Below are positions 16,518 through 26,757 of a stretch of DNA of 64,000 nt, in pieces. Under the pieces are notes generated by a model. That model had not been told where the DNA came from. It made no database searches and was given only the letters and a program-made list of their open reading frames with translations. The translations under genes were made by a program, and so were the position numbers. Source of the stretch: Candidatus Falkowbacteria bacterium (GTDB taxonomy: Bacteria; Patescibacteriota; Patescibacteriia; JAACEG01); assembly GCA_018651725.1 (NCBI GenBank), contig JABIDK010000005.1:64064-128063 (forward strand), read 5' to 3'. Numbering within the stretch: the stretch's first letter is position 1; each line of letters starts with the position of its first letter.

Positions 16518-17210
16518 TTATTTCTTTTTCCCATTACATTTGCATGGCATTTGATTCAAAATCTGTGCTGCCTTGTCTTTGCCTCCTAAACCAAAGGCAA
16601 GTCCTCCGGCAAGAGCGAGCATTCCGATAATACCGGAAAAAAGTATTGAGATCAAAGAAGTGGCTATACCAAGTTGAACCAGGGCGGCCATAACTCCGAA
16701 AATGATGATTGCCCATTTACTCATTGCTCCAAAAATATGACTATGAGCAACTTTAGTGGCGCGTCCTCCTTTGTGGACAATATGATTTACAAAGTTAGCA
16801 ACGATAACAGTAACCGCCAAGATAATCGCTGCTACAATAACATTTGGAACGTACAGTAAGATACTGTTTAAAAAATACGTTATCTGCGGTAAACCTAAAA
16901 TATCAGTAGCAGCCATTAAGGATGCAATAATTAAAAACCATTTTACAATTTCCCCAATAATCGTTGGAATACTTACTTTTATCTCACCTTGTTCCAGCAT
17001 ATGTGTCAGACCAATTTCGTCAGCAGCTTTGTCAACTTTTAATTTTTCCAGAAGTTTTGTAAATAAAACTCCTAAAGAAATAGCTATCATTAATCCAACC
17101 GCAAAGATAATAATTGCCCCAAATAAGTTCGGTAAAAAACCGATTGAGCGCATCCAAAGATCTTGCATAGATCCACTGATTGCCATTTCCCAAGATTGTG
17201 TGTTAGTCAT
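16518..17210 (-). CDS. TM-helix-repeat (CmpX-like) small mechanosensitive-channel-associated membrane protein
   Basis: FLPNLFGAIII / YVPNVIVAAII repeats; C-terminal GLAFGLGGKD. Confidence 0.8.
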   Translation of the reverse strand: MTNTQSWEMAISGSMQDLWMRSIGFLPNLFGAIIIFAVGLMIAISLGVLFTKLLEKLKVDKAADEIGLTHMLEQGEIKVSIPTIIGEIVKWFLIIASLMAATDILGLPQITYFLNSILLYVPNVIVAAIILAVTVIVANFVNHIVHKGGRATKVAHSHIFGAMSKWAIIIFGVMAALVQLGIATSLISILFSGIIGMLALAGGLAFGLGGKDKAAQILNQMPCKCNGKKK

Positions 17211-17304
17211 TTATTTTCACCCCCCTCCTTATTTATTTAAGCATGTAAATATTATACCATAAAATCATATAAATAAAAAATCCCTAGCTAAGTTCAAGGG
17301 ATCT

Positions 17305-18681
17305 TTATCTTTCGTAGATGTCATCGTACCTTATAATGTCATCTTCTTCTAGATAATTTCCGGTTTGGACCTCTATTATCTCCAGGTTTATTTTGCCGGG
17401 ATTTTCCAGGCGATGCCTAGTTTTAGTCGGGATGAAGGTGCTTTCTCTTTCGTCTAGAATAATTTCTCTATCGTTATTTACAATTTTAGCTACTCCTTTT
17501 ATAACTATCCAATGCTCAGCTCGATGAAGATGTGATTGTAAACTTAATTTTTCCCCGGGATAAACAGTTATTTTTTTTACTTTATGATTAAGGTTTTCAA
17601 TTAGGATTTCGTACTTCCCCCAAGGGCGGTAGTTAATTAAAACATGATCAATTTCTTTAATATTTTGTTTTTGCATTTGTTCCACTATTTTTTTCACTTT
17701 TTCACTTCTGCCTTTTTTGTAAATTAAGATACTGTCATTATTTTCTACTATTCCTAAATCTTCTACGCCGATTGTTGTTACTAAACGATTATTAGTCGAT
17801 AGAACAGATATATTTTTAGAGTCAATATTTATTTGATTCGGCTTATAATTTTTATTTTTAGACAAAATTTCCATTAAACTGTCAAAAGATCCAATATCGT
17901 TCCAACCAAAGTCCCCTTCAAAAACTATTATTTTATTTGATTTTTCCGAGATAGCATGATCAAAAGATATACTTGGCAAGTTTTTGAACTCATTTAAAAA
18001 AGTTTCAAAATTCTTGGAGAGTAAAGAGTATAACTCCGGAGCGTGTTTATTAAGTTCGTTGACAAAAGTTTTTATTTTAAACAAATATATTCCAGAGTTC
18101 CAAAGATATTCCCTTGACTCTAAATATTTTTTAGCTGTTAGCTTGTCGGGTTTTTCTTTAAATTCTGAGACATTGTAAAAAATATTTTGATTTTCTCCTT
18201 TTTTAATATAACCAAAACCGGTATGCGGTTTAAGAACGGTAATTCCAACTGTCCCAATATTGTCTCCTATATTTTTTTCTGCTTCAAGAAGCAGGTTCTT
18301 ATATTTTTCTTCATCTTCTATATAATGATCAGCCGGTAGAACGGTGACAATTTCTTCGGGGTCAACTTTTATTGTTTCAACCAAATATTTCACAGCCAAT
18401 GTAACGGCCGGAGCAGTATTTAGATTTGTAGACTCAATTATTATTTGTTTTTTGTCAAAGTCTTTGTCTAACTCTTGCAGTTGATTGTAAACATTAAAAA
18501 AATTATCTTTATTGGTTATGAAAAAGATTTTTTCAGTGGGGGTTGTTTTTTGAGCGCGGAGGAATGTTCCCTGAAGCAGAGAATGATTGTTGAAAAGATT
18601 TAAGAATTGTTTAGGAAAATTTTTCCGAGAAAGAGGCCAGAGCCGAGTCCCGGAGCCCCCGCATAAAATTAGGCTATACAT
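17305..18681 (-). CDS. manC: Mannose-1-phosphate guanylyltransferase / mannose-6-phosphate isomerase
   Basis: ILCGGSGTRLWPLSRKNFPKQF; C-terminal cupin RPWG...LSLQSHLHRAEHW. Start taken at MYSLIL. Confidence 0.93.
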   Translation of the reverse strand: MYSLILCGGSGTRLWPLSRKNFPKQFLNLFNNHSLLQGTFLRAQKTTPTEKIFFITNKDNFFNVYNQLQELDKDFDKKQIIIESTNLNTAPAVTLAVKYLVETIKVDPEEIVTVLPADHYIEDEEKYKNLLLEAEKNIGDNIGTVGITVLKPHTGFGYIKKGENQNIFYNVSEFKEKPDKLTAKKYLESREYLWNSGIYLFKIKTFVNELNKHAPELYSLLSKNFETFLNEFKNLPSISFDHAISEKSNKIIVFEGDFGWNDIGSFDSLMEILSKNKNYKPNQINIDSKNISVLSTNNRLVTTIGVEDLGIVENNDSILIYKKGRSEKVKKIVEQMQKQNIKEIDHVLINYRPWGKYEILIENLNHKVKKITVYPGEKLSLQSHLHRAEHWIVIKGVAKIVNNDREIILDERESTFIPTKTRHRLENPGKINLEIIEVQTGNYLEEDDIIRYDDIYER

Positions 18682-18860
18682 AGAATAAAAAAAACAAGAA
18701 AACAAAAAAACAATTGACAATAAAATCCATTTAGGATTTTAAAGTTATTATAATATCATAGCAATTATCTTTGTTTAGTCAATGGAAAAAAGGAAGCCCT
18801 TGATTTTTTGGGTTTTAGAGGGTATTATAGTTACATAATTTATTTATTAATTTTATTTTT

Positions 18861-19940
18861 ATGAAAGAACAAATTTTTGGTTTAATTCCGGGTGGAGACA
18901 GCGCTTTGATGCAGTCTGAGTTTTTTAATAATACTTTGGCTGATTATCTTGGGGCGATTATTGCTTTTGTCTTGTTTTTAGTTGTTTTTAAGATTTTTCA
19001 AAGCATTATTTTGTACAAGTTAAATAAGTTTGCCGAGAAAACAAAGACAGACATTGACGATGCTTTTATTAAAATTATTAAAAGCTTAAAACCGCCTTTT
19101 TATTCTTTTTTAGCTTTTTATTTAGCTTTGAAATTTTTGATTGTTCAGGATTTAGCTGAGAAAATATTTGGAATCATGCTTATTGCCTGGGCAATTTATC
19201 AGGCAATAATTGCAGTCCAGATTTTGATTGACTATGTTTTGCAAAAAACCTTAAAAGACAAGGAAGACGCTCACTCTCAGTCAGCCATTCGACTAATGGG
19301 AAATATTACTAAAGCGATTTTATGGCTGATTGGAATTTTATTGTTTTTATCTAACCTTGGAATAAACGTGACATCGCTTATCGCCGGACTTGGTGTCGGT
19401 GGTATTGCCATTGCCCTTGCTCTTCAAAATGTTCTGGGAGATTTGTTCAGTTCTTTCGCGATTTATATTGACAGGCCTTTTGCTGTTGGAGATTTTATTA
19501 CTATCGGGCAAGACTCAGGTACAGTTTTAAAAGTGGGGATTAAAACTACCAGGATTAAAACTTTACGCGGAGAAGAGTTAGTGGTTTCCAATCAAGAGCT
19601 AACTTCAACCAGAGTACAAAACTTCAAAGAAATGAAAGACAGAAGAGTTGTTTTCCCTTTGGGAGTTACCTATAATACTTCAACAGAAAAAGTAAAAAAG
19701 ATTCCAAGCATGGTTCAAAAAATAATTGAAACTGAAAAACTAGCTAGATTTGATCGTGGATTTTTCAAAGAATTTGCAGACTCTGCCTTAATATTTGAGT
19801 TTGTTTATTATGTTGACTCCGGCGAGTACCTAGATTACGCCAATGTCAACCAAGAAATATTTTTCAAAATAAAAGAAGCCTTTGAAAAAGAAAAAATAGA
19901 GTTCGCCTATCCAACTCAAACAGTTTATTTGGAGAAATAA
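18861..19940 (+). CDS. mscS: Small-conductance mechanosensitive channel
   Basis: SLIAGLGVGGIAIALALQ, DRPFAVGD and IEFAYPT motifs. Confidence 0.92.
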   Translation: MKEQIFGLIPGGDSALMQSEFFNNTLADYLGAIIAFVLFLVVFKIFQSIILYKLNKFAEKTKTDIDDAFIKIIKSLKPPFYSFLAFYLALKFLIVQDLAEKIFGIMLIAWAIYQAIIAVQILIDYVLQKTLKDKEDAHSQSAIRLMGNITKAILWLIGILLFLSNLGINVTSLIAGLGVGGIAIALALQNVLGDLFSSFAIYIDRPFAVGDFITIGQDSGTVLKVGIKTTRIKTLRGEELVVSNQELTSTRVQNFKEMKDRRVVFPLGVTYNTSTEKVKKIPSMVQKIIETEKLARFDRGFFKEFADSALIFEFVYYVDSGEYLDYANVNQEIFFKIKEAFEKEKIEFAYPTQTVYLEK

Positions 19941-20050
19941 GCAATAATTAAAAATAACACCGCTTAATATATTTTTAAGCGGTTTTATTTTTGCCAAATT
20001 TGTTTGGCGTGTTATACTTCAGTCATATAAATGTATAAGTATTTTTAAAT

Positions 20051-23000
20051 ATGAAATTTACTCACTTACATACTCATAGCCACTACAGTCTTTTGGATGG
20101 GCTTGTTAAGATCGATGATTTGATTGAGAAGACTAAGGAATATAATATGGACTCGGTTGCTTTGACCGATCATGGGGTTATGTATGGGGCGATTGAGTTT
20201 TATCAGAAGGCCTTAAAAGCTGGAGTAAAACCGATTGTTGGGGTGGAGGCGTATTTGGCAGCTGGTTCAAGATTTGAAAAAACAAGACAAGGGCGTTATC
20301 ATTTGGTTTTATTGGCAAAAAATAAAACAGGTTATGGTAACTTACTTAAGCTTACAAGCTTGGCTCATTTGGAGGGATATTATTATAAGCCTCGGATTGA
20401 TTGGGAGATTTTAGAAAAATACAGTGAGGGATTAGTGGCTTTGTCAGCTTGTATTCAGGGTGAAGTTCCACGAGCTTTTTTAACAAGCGGGCACGATAAA
20501 GCCAAAGAAATAACTAAAAAATATTTAAAGTTGTTTGGCCATGATTTTTATTTAGAGGTGCAAAAACATAATAATGTTGAGGGTCAGGACAAAGCCAATC
20601 AAGGATTAATTCAAATCGGAAAAGAACTTGGAATTCCGATTGTGGCAACCAACGATGCTCATTATCTTGATGTGGAAGATGAGGAGGCTCAAGATGTGCT
20701 TTTATGCTTGCAAACTAAAAAGAAACAAAAAGACACTGATCGAATGAATATGATTGGGATGGACAACTCTTTTAAAAGCACTGAGAAAATGAAAGAGTCT
20801 TTTTATGACTTTAAAGAAGCTGTGAGTAATACCGAAGAAGTAGTCAAAAAATGTAATTTGGAGATAGAACTAGGAAAAATTACATTGCCTAAATTTGAAG
20901 TACCCAAAGAAAAAACAGACAGTGAATATTTAAGAGATCTTTGTAACGAGGGTGCAAAAAAAAGATACCCGGAATATTTTAAGGAAGATGGAGAAAAATT
21001 TGACGATCCCGATAACTTTAAAAAACAAGTTTTAGATAGACTTGATTTTGAGTTTAATGTAATCGATAAAATGGGCTTTGCTTCATATTTTTTGATTGTA
21101 GGTGATTTTGTTAATTGGGCTAAGGAGCAAAAAATTGTAGTTGGGCCGGGAAGAGGATCTGCTGCTGGGAGTTTAGTCGCTTATCTTTTGAGTATTACTA
21201 ACGTTGATCCGTTAAAATACGATTTGATGTTTGAACGATTTTTAAATCCGGATAGAATTTCCATGCCTGATATTGATTTGGACTTTGCCGATACTAGGCG
21301 CGATGAAGTGATTCGTTATGTAGAGAAAAAGTATGGTCGAGACAAAGTAGCGCAAATTATTACTTTCGGAACAATGGCGGCACGGGCAGCAATCCGCGAT
21401 GCTGGTCGGGTGTTGGACTTTGAATATGATTACTGCGACAAGCTCGCCAAGATGATTCCAATGTTCACACCACTTCAAAAAGCTATCGATGAAGTAGGTG
21501 AGTTAAATGCGATTTATAACAATGAAGTCCAGGCTAAGAAAATTTTAGACACAGCTTTAAAGTTGGAGGGAGTAGCCCGCCATGCTTCAACTCATGCCTG
21601 TGCTGTTTTGATCACTAAAGACCCGCTAGACAAAAGTGTCCCGCTTCAATACGCCTCTTCCGGGGACAAAACAATTGTTTCTCAATTTTCAATGAAGCCG
21701 GTTGAAGAGTTGGGACTCCTTAAAATGGATTTTTTAGGACTTCGTAATTTAACGATTATTGAAAACGCTCTTCGGATTATTAAAGGTCTTCGTGACATTG
21801 AAATTAATATCGATAACATTCCGCTTGACGATCAAAAAACTTACGAATTATTTTCCAAGGGCGATACAACAGGTGTATTTCAATTTGAAAGTTCGGGTAT
21901 GAGACGTTATTTGAAACTTTTGCAACCTAGTGTTTTTGAGGACATTATTGCGATGGTGGCGCTTTATCGACCAGGGCCTTTGAACTCCGGGATGATTGAT
22001 GAGTTTATTGACAGAAAACATGGACGCAAGCAGATTGTTTTTAAGCATCAAATTATGGAGAATGCTCTTAAAAATTCTTATGGAGTGATTGTCTATCAAG
22101 AGCAGGTGATGCAACTTTCCAAAGATATGGCTGGCTTTACGGGTGGGCAAGCTGACACGCTTCGAAAAGCAATGGGTAAAAAAATTGCGGCTTTAATGGC
22201 GAAAATGAAAAGTGAATTTATAGAAGGATGTGTAAAAAAAGGTTTGGAAGAAAATTTGGCAAGAGATACATTTCGTGATATGGAAAAATTTGCTGAGTAC
22301 GGATTTAACAGAAGTCATGCTGCTTGCTATGGGTTGATCGGTTATCAAACAGCTTATCTAAAAGCAAATTACCCGGTAGAGTTTATGGCGGCGCTTTTAA
22401 CTGCCAACGAGGGCGATGTTGATAAAGTGGCGATTGATGTGGCTGAATGCCAAAAAATTGGGATAGAAGTTTTACCTCCGGATATTAATGAAAGCTTCGA
22501 ACATTTTACAGTTGTACCGTTAAAAGAAGGGGATGATAAAAAGTTTGGGCAAATTCGCTTTGGACTTTTAACAGTTAAAAATGTTGGAGAAAATATTGTT
22601 ACAGAGATAATTAAAGAAAGAAAAAAGAATGGTAAGTTTTTGAATCTAGGGGATTTTATTTCCAGGATAAAAAGTAAGGATTTTAATAAAAAATCTTTGG
22701 AAAGTTTAATGAAGTGCGGAGCCTTGGATAATATCGGAGACAGAAGTAAACTACTTTTTAACTTGGAAAAGATTTTGGTATTTATCCGTTCCCTCAGAGA
22801 CCAAGAAAAAAGTAAACAAGGTAATTTACTGGGAATGTTATCTGATGATTATAAGCCAACTTTGGAATTAGATGAAATTGAAGAAGGAAAAGAAATTAGC
22901 AAAAAAGAAAAACTAAGCTGGGAAAAAGAATTACTTGGTCTTTATGTTAGTGATCATCCTTTTACAAAATTTCAAGCTGATCTCGCGGATAAAACCGTAT

Positions 23001-23605
23001 CTCTTTTAGAGGCAAACAAGGAAACAGAAAATTTTAAGGAAAAGCAAATTATTATCGCCGGCATTATCTCTAAGATTAAAAAAATAACCACTAAAAAAGG
23101 AGACGCCATGATGTTTGTAACTATTGAAGACACCGCCAGTAATTTAGAGATTTTGGTTTTTCCTAGATTACTTGAAGAAACTAAAGATTTGTGGGAAGAA
23201 GAAAAAATGCTTATCGTAAAAGGAAAATTATCAGACAAGGACGGGGTGCCAAAGTTACTGGCCGAGTCTGTTAAAGAATTAGTTCCAAGTAGAATAGATG
23301 AAACTATATCTGTTTTAAATCAAGCAAGGGATAATAAATCTTATTATAAGAAAAAACAAGAGAATAATAATAATTTTCAAACAAACAATAACAGTAGATT
23401 TATAGATATAAAAATGCCAAAAATAATCAGTAAAGAAAAGCTTGTAAAGTTAAAAGAATTTTTTAGTAAATATTCAGGAGAAACAAAAGTAAGATTTATA
23501 ATTGAAAACGGAGTTGGAGCAAAGATAATTAACACTTCTTTTAATGTTCCGAGTAGTAATCTTGAGGAGATAAAAAGTAAAGTGGATTCTATTATTTTAA
23601 ATTAA
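20051..23605 (+). CDS. dnaE: DNA polymerase III alpha subunit
   Basis: PHP domain HLHTHSHYSLLDG, GPGRGSAAGS, SMPDIDLDF and YGFNRSHA motifs. Confidence 0.98.
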   Translation: MKFTHLHTHSHYSLLDGLVKIDDLIEKTKEYNMDSVALTDHGVMYGAIEFYQKALKAGVKPIVGVEAYLAAGSRFEKTRQGRYHLVLLAKNKTGYGNLLKLTSLAHLEGYYYKPRIDWEILEKYSEGLVALSACIQGEVPRAFLTSGHDKAKEITKKYLKLFGHDFYLEVQKHNNVEGQDKANQGLIQIGKELGIPIVATNDAHYLDVEDEEAQDVLLCLQTKKKQKDTDRMNMIGMDNSFKSTEKMKESFYDFKEAVSNTEEVVKKCNLEIELGKITLPKFEVPKEKTDSEYLRDLCNEGAKKRYPEYFKEDGEKFDDPDNFKKQVLDRLDFEFNVIDKMGFASYFLIVGDFVNWAKEQKIVVGPGRGSAAGSLVAYLLSITNVDPLKYDLMFERFLNPDRISMPDIDLDFADTRRDEVIRYVEKKYGRDKVAQIITFGTMAARAAIRDAGRVLDFEYDYCDKLAKMIPMFTPLQKAIDEVGELNAIYNNEVQAKKILDTALKLEGVARHASTHACAVLITKDPLDKSVPLQYASSGDKTIVSQFSMKPVEELGLLKMDFLGLRNLTIIENALRIIKGLRDIEINIDNIPLDDQKTYELFSKGDTTGVFQFESSGMRRYLKLLQPSVFEDIIAMVALYRPGPLNSGMIDEFIDRKHGRKQIVFKHQIMENALKNSYGVIVYQEQVMQLSKDMAGFTGGQADTLRKAMGKKIAALMAKMKSEFIEGCVKKGLEENLARDTFRDMEKFAEYGFNRSHAACYGLIGYQTAYLKANYPVEFMAALLTANEGDVDKVAIDVAECQKIGIEVLPPDINESFEHFTVVPLKEGDDKKFGQIRFGLLTVKNVGENIVTEIIKERKKNGKFLNLGDFISRIKSKDFNKKSLESLMKCGALDNIGDRSKLLFNLEKILVFIRSLRDQEKSKQGNLLGMLSDDYKPTLELDEIEEGKEISKKEKLSWEKELLGLYVSDHPFTKFQADLADKTVSLLEANKETENFKEKQIIIAGIISKIKKITTKKGDAMMFVTIEDTASNLEILVFPRLLEETKDLWEEEKMLIVKGKLSDKDGVPKLLAESVKELVPSRIDETISVLNQARDNKSYYKKKQENNNNFQTNNNSRFIDIKMPKIISKEKLVKLKEFFSKYSGETKVRFIIENGVGAKIINTSFNVPSSNLEEIKSKVDSIILN

Positions 23606-23617
23606 AATTTAGTAAAT

Positions 23618-23650
23618 AAAAAAGAAACCTCTTTAGATGGTTTCTTTTTT
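23618..23650. terminator. Bidirectional intrinsic terminator
   Basis: AAAAAAGAAACC...GGTTTCTTTTTT between convergent dnaE and SOR genes. Confidence 0.7.
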
Positions 23651-23659
23651 ATTTACGTT

Positions 23660-24034
23660 CTACACTTGCCAAAGTCCGTGAATATTACAATAACTTCGTA
23701 CCTGAATATTTTTTCCTTTAACTTTAAATTCGGCTTTTGGATTATCGTTGGATTTTAGATATTGACGGTGAATTTTCCCGTCTTCAATTACTTCTATCCA
23801 TTCAATATAGTGAGTTTCTTCCATTGGATGAGAAACTTCACCAACTTTTATAAGCACTTTGTTTTCAATTTTTTCAATTACTGGCAAATGTTTTTCTTGG
23901 CCCTCGTCACTTTCTTTCTCTTCTTGAAGTTTCATTGGTTGGCCGCAGCAAACCAGTTCTCCGGCGCCGGTATGTAAAACTTCCACAATATTTCCGCAAA
24001 TTTCACATTTATAAACTTGATTTAGTTTAGTCAT
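23660..24034 (-). CDS. dfx: Desulfoferrodoxin (superoxide reductase)
   Basis: YKCEICGN...CCG desulforedoxin domain; [17 protein letters not shown] and CNIHGLW motifs. Confidence 0.95.
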   Translation of the reverse strand: MTKLNQVYKCEICGNIVEVLHTGAGELVCCGQPMKLQEEKESDEGQEKHLPVIEKIENKVLIKVGEVSHPMEETHYIEWIEVIEDGKIHRQYLKSNDNPKAEFKVKGKNIQVRSYCNIHGLWQV

Positions 24035-24036
24035 AG

Positions 24037-24624
24037 TTAAAAAGTTTCACATTTAATTTGGAAGTAGGCTTGAGGATGGTTACAGGCCGGACATTTTTCC
24101 GGAGCGTTTGATCCTGAGTGTTCGTACCCGCATTTTCTGCAGACCCATTTTACTTCATCTTCTTTTTTAAAGATAGAGTTATTTTCCAGTTCTTGTAAAA
24201 GTTTTTTATATCTTTCTTCGTGATGAGCCTCAGCTTTGGCAATTGCCATTAACCTACCAGCGATTTCAGGCAGATCTTCTTCTCTAGCGGTTTCGGCAAA
24301 TTCCGGATACATTGTAGTGAATTCATAGTTCTCTCCTCCGATCGATGCTTTTAAATTTTCAGCTGTTGTTCCAAGTGCTGTTGGTGCTCCGGCATCTATT
24401 TTAATTTCATCGTATTTGCCTTCTTCACTTTTTTTCTTTAAATCTTGAATCATCATAAAGAGCCATTTAGCATGCTCTCTTTCTTGATCGGCTGTTTTAG
24501 TGAAGATTTCTGAGATTTGTTCGTAGCCTTCTTTTTTAGCTACTTTGGCATACATTGTATACCGGTTCCTAGCTTGAGATTCGCCAACAAAGGCTTTACT
24601 CAAATTTTCAATAGTTTTTTCCAT
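24037..24624 (-). CDS. rbr: Rubrerythrin
   Basis: [25 protein letters not shown] motifs; C-terminal CRKCG...CPAC. Start taken at MEKTIENL. Confidence 0.95.
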   Translation of the reverse strand: MEKTIENLSKAFVGESQARNRYTMYAKVAKKEGYEQISEIFTKTADQEREHAKWLFMMIQDLKKKSEEGKYDEIKIDAGAPTALGTTAENLKASIGGENYEFTTMYPEFAETAREEDLPEIAGRLMAIAKAEAHHEERYKKLLQELENNSIFKKEDEVKWVCRKCGYEHSGSNAPEKCPACNHPQAYFQIKCETF

Positions 24625-24695
24625 AAAATGTGTAATTATTAAAATAGCAAAAATAACTAAATTATTAATCACTATTTAATTAATTACAGGGTTAT

Positions 24696-24779
24696 TTATT
24701 TTTTCTTAGTTTTACAACCACCACATTTTTTCTTTTTTGGAGTTGTGGTTTTTGGGGCTGTTTTTTTCTTACAAGCCAT
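24696..24779 (-). CDS. Putative 27-aa basic Cys-containing peptide
   Basis: MACKKKTAPKTTTPKKKKCGGCKTKKK* between tRNA-Gly and rubrerythrin, on the same strand. Confidence 0.45.
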   Translation of the reverse strand: MACKKKTAPKTTTPKKKKCGGCKTKKK

Positions 24780-24804
24780 AGAGTTAACTTTATAGAGTTA
24801 GTTA

Positions 24805-24880
24805 TGGAGCGGGTAGGGGGAATCGAACCCCCATCTTCGGCTTGGAAGGCCGACATAATAAGCCGTTATACTATACCCGC
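24805..24880 (-). tRNA. tRNA-Gly (TCC)
   Basis: GCGGGTA...anticodon arm TCGGC-CT TCC AA-GCCGA...GGTTCGATTCC...TACCCGC-T-CCA, 76 nt. Confidence 0.97.
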
Positions 24881-24969
24881 GGAATCATTTTTTAATTTTT
24901 AAACTGTAATTTATTTTACTACATTTTTTATAAATGTCAAACCCTTAAATTTCTAATCCAAATTTTTAT

Positions 24970-24997
24970 TTGACAAGTTTTTTTTATTTACTATAAT
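24970..24997 (+). promoter_or_regulatory. sigma70 promoter of the aromatic amino-acid operon leader
   Basis: TTGACA-16 nt-TATAAT. Confidence 0.7.
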
Positions 24998-25006
24998 AAA
25001 ATTATT

Positions 25007-25081
25007 ATGATAAAAAATATTACAAAAGGATTTTACTTTTTTTGGTTTTATTTCTTCTCTAAGGAGACGAATCTTTTGTAA
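25007..25081 (+). CDS. Phe/Tyr/Trp-rich attenuator leader peptide
   Basis: MIKNITKGFYFFWFYFFSKETNLL*: nine consecutive aromatic codons upstream of pheA/tyrA. Confidence 0.85.
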   Translation: MIKNITKGFYFFWFYFFSKETNLL

Positions 25082-25142
25082 TGTTAAAATAATTTTTCAA
25101 AAACAAAAAGATGAAGTCTCCTTACAACAAGGAGATTTTTTT
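25061..25142 (+). promoter_or_regulatory. Transcription attenuator (antiterminator/terminator)
   Basis: Terminator GTCTCCTT-ACAAC-AAGGAGAT followed by a T run (25116-25142). AAGGAGAC..ATCTTTT (25061-25077) in the leader 3' end can alternatively pair with AAAAGAT..GTCTCCTT (25106-25123). Confidence 0.8.
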
Positions 25143-25189
25143 ATTTCGAACCTTTTATTAACAAACAACCCAACAAACAGGAGGGAAAA

Positions 25190-25363
25190 ATGGCAGAGAT
25201 TACAGTTATAGACTGGTGCAGAAAAAGAGCAGAAGACAACAGAAAAATGTGCAATAAGCAAGTAGTAATTAAGGGCAGTAATCAGAAGAAACAAAAAGAA
25301 GAAGTCGATGAGACTATCATTGACGAAGGAATGTTACCACCGCCACGACCGATTGGTTGGTAA
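25190..25363 (+). CDS. Small hypothetical protein (57 aa), not in ORF track
   Basis: AGGAGGG RBS; MAEITVIDWCRKRAEDNRKMCNKQ...GMLPPPRPIGW*. Confidence 0.55.
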   Translation: MAEITVIDWCRKRAEDNRKMCNKQVVIKGSNQKKQKEEVDETIIDEGMLPPPRPIGW

Positions 25364-25448
25364 TCAGTCGGTAGCATTGGGAAGGGTGAATTTATTTTTT
25401 TCACCCTTCCTACTTATTTTTCTAAAAAAATTATTTTAAATAAAAATT

Positions 25449-26018
25449 ATGAATCAAAAACAAAAAATTGGAATATCCGGTAATGTTGGTAGCTTTTCAG
25501 AAGAAGCTGCTAATTATTATTGTCACAAAAATAAAATTAAAGATTATGAACTTATTTATCTGGTAACAGTAGAAGATACACTTTCTTCTGTAGTTGCTAA
25601 TAAAGTTGACAAAGGAATTTTTCCTATTGAAAATTCAAATGGTGGTATAGTATATGAATCAGTTTACGCTATGGCGAAATATACTTTTAATATTGAAAAA
25701 ATGTTTGAAATAGATGTTCGTCATTGTCTTTTAACTTTACCAAATAAAAAGGTTGGTGATATTAAAAAAATTGCTTCACATGCTCAAGCCTTAAAGCAAT
25801 GCAAAATGTATTTAAAAAGAAAATGGCCTAACACAGAGTTAATTGAATGGTCAGATACAGCTCAAGCAGCCAATGATTTAAATAAAGGAAAATTGGACGA
25901 AAGCACAGCCGTAATTGCGCCTGTCGGCTGTGCTAAATTATATAATTTAGATATTTTAGAAGAAGGAATACAAGACTTAAAATTTAACTTTACAAGTTTT
26001 ATAACCGCAGTTGAATAA
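25449..26018 (+). CDS. pheA: Prephenate dehydratase (catalytic domain only, no ACT domain)
   Basis: GSFSEEAA, PIENSNGG, SHAQALKQC, DTAQAA and IQD..NFTSF motifs; 189 aa. Confidence 0.88.
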   Translation: MNQKQKIGISGNVGSFSEEAANYYCHKNKIKDYELIYLVTVEDTLSSVVANKVDKGIFPIENSNGGIVYESVYAMAKYTFNIEKMFEIDVRHCLLTLPNKKVGDIKKIASHAQALKQCKMYLKRKWPNTELIEWSDTAQAANDLNKGKLDESTAVIAPVGCAKLYNLDILEEGIQDLKFNFTSFITAVE

Positions 26019-26020
26019 CT

Positions 26021-26743
26021 ATGTTAAAACAAAAAATAGCTATAATTGGATTTGGGAGATTCGGCAGTTTACTTGCTGGAATTTTATCGCCGTACGGAGA
26101 TATTTTTATTATTAGCAAAAGAAAAATTAACGATACCAGATTTAAACAAATTGAATATAAAGATTTAAAAGAAATTGATTTAATAATTTTAGCTGTGCCT
26201 ATTTCATCTCTTAAAAAGGTGCTGAAAAAAATAAGTCCTTATTTAAAACAGGGGTCTGTTGTGATGGATGTCTGTTCGGTCAAAGTTTATCCGTGTCAGT
26301 GGCTTAAAAAATATTTGCCAAAAACAGTTCATATCTTAGGTTCTCACCCTATGTTTGGGCCGGACAGTGTAAAGAAAAATTTAGAAGAACTACAAATTGT
26401 ATTTTGTCCTTTGCGAATTAATAAAGAAAAATTTGATAGCATAAAAAATATTTTTAAAACAATAAAACTTAAAATCATTGAAATTACTCCGGAAGATCAC
26501 GACAAGCAAAACGCAGTTAGTTTAGCTTTAGTGCATTTTATCGGGCGAGGCTTAAGTAAGATAGACGTTGATCATCAGGAAATTACAACTGTTGGGTTTA
26601 AAAGGTTGTTACAGCTTCGCGATAATGTTACCAATGATACTGAGGAGTTATTTAAAGATATGCACAACTTTAATCCTTACGCAAAAAAGATCAGAGAAAA
26701 ATATATAGACTCTTTACAAAAAATAGATTTAATGCTAGATTAA
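26021..26743 (+). CDS. tyrA: Prephenate/arogenate dehydrogenase
   Basis: IIGFGRFG, DVCSVK, HPMFGP and EDHDKQ motifs. Confidence 0.9.
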   Translation: MLKQKIAIIGFGRFGSLLAGILSPYGDIFIISKRKINDTRFKQIEYKDLKEIDLIILAVPISSLKKVLKKISPYLKQGSVVMDVCSVKVYPCQWLKKYLPKTVHILGSHPMFGPDSVKKNLEELQIVFCPLRINKEKFDSIKNIFKTIKLKIIEITPEDHDKQNAVSLALVHFIGRGLSKIDVDHQEITTVGFKRLLQLRDNVTNDTEELFKDMHNFNPYAKKIREKYIDSLQKIDLMLD

Positions 26744-26757
26744 AATGAACAAAAAAA

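Noticed and set aside
24805-24880. Genetic code 25 (UGA=Gly), or tRNA as an integration site
   Set aside because: The anticodon is TCC, genes translate fully in code 11, prfB is present, and I saw no duplicated tRNA 3' end or integrase.
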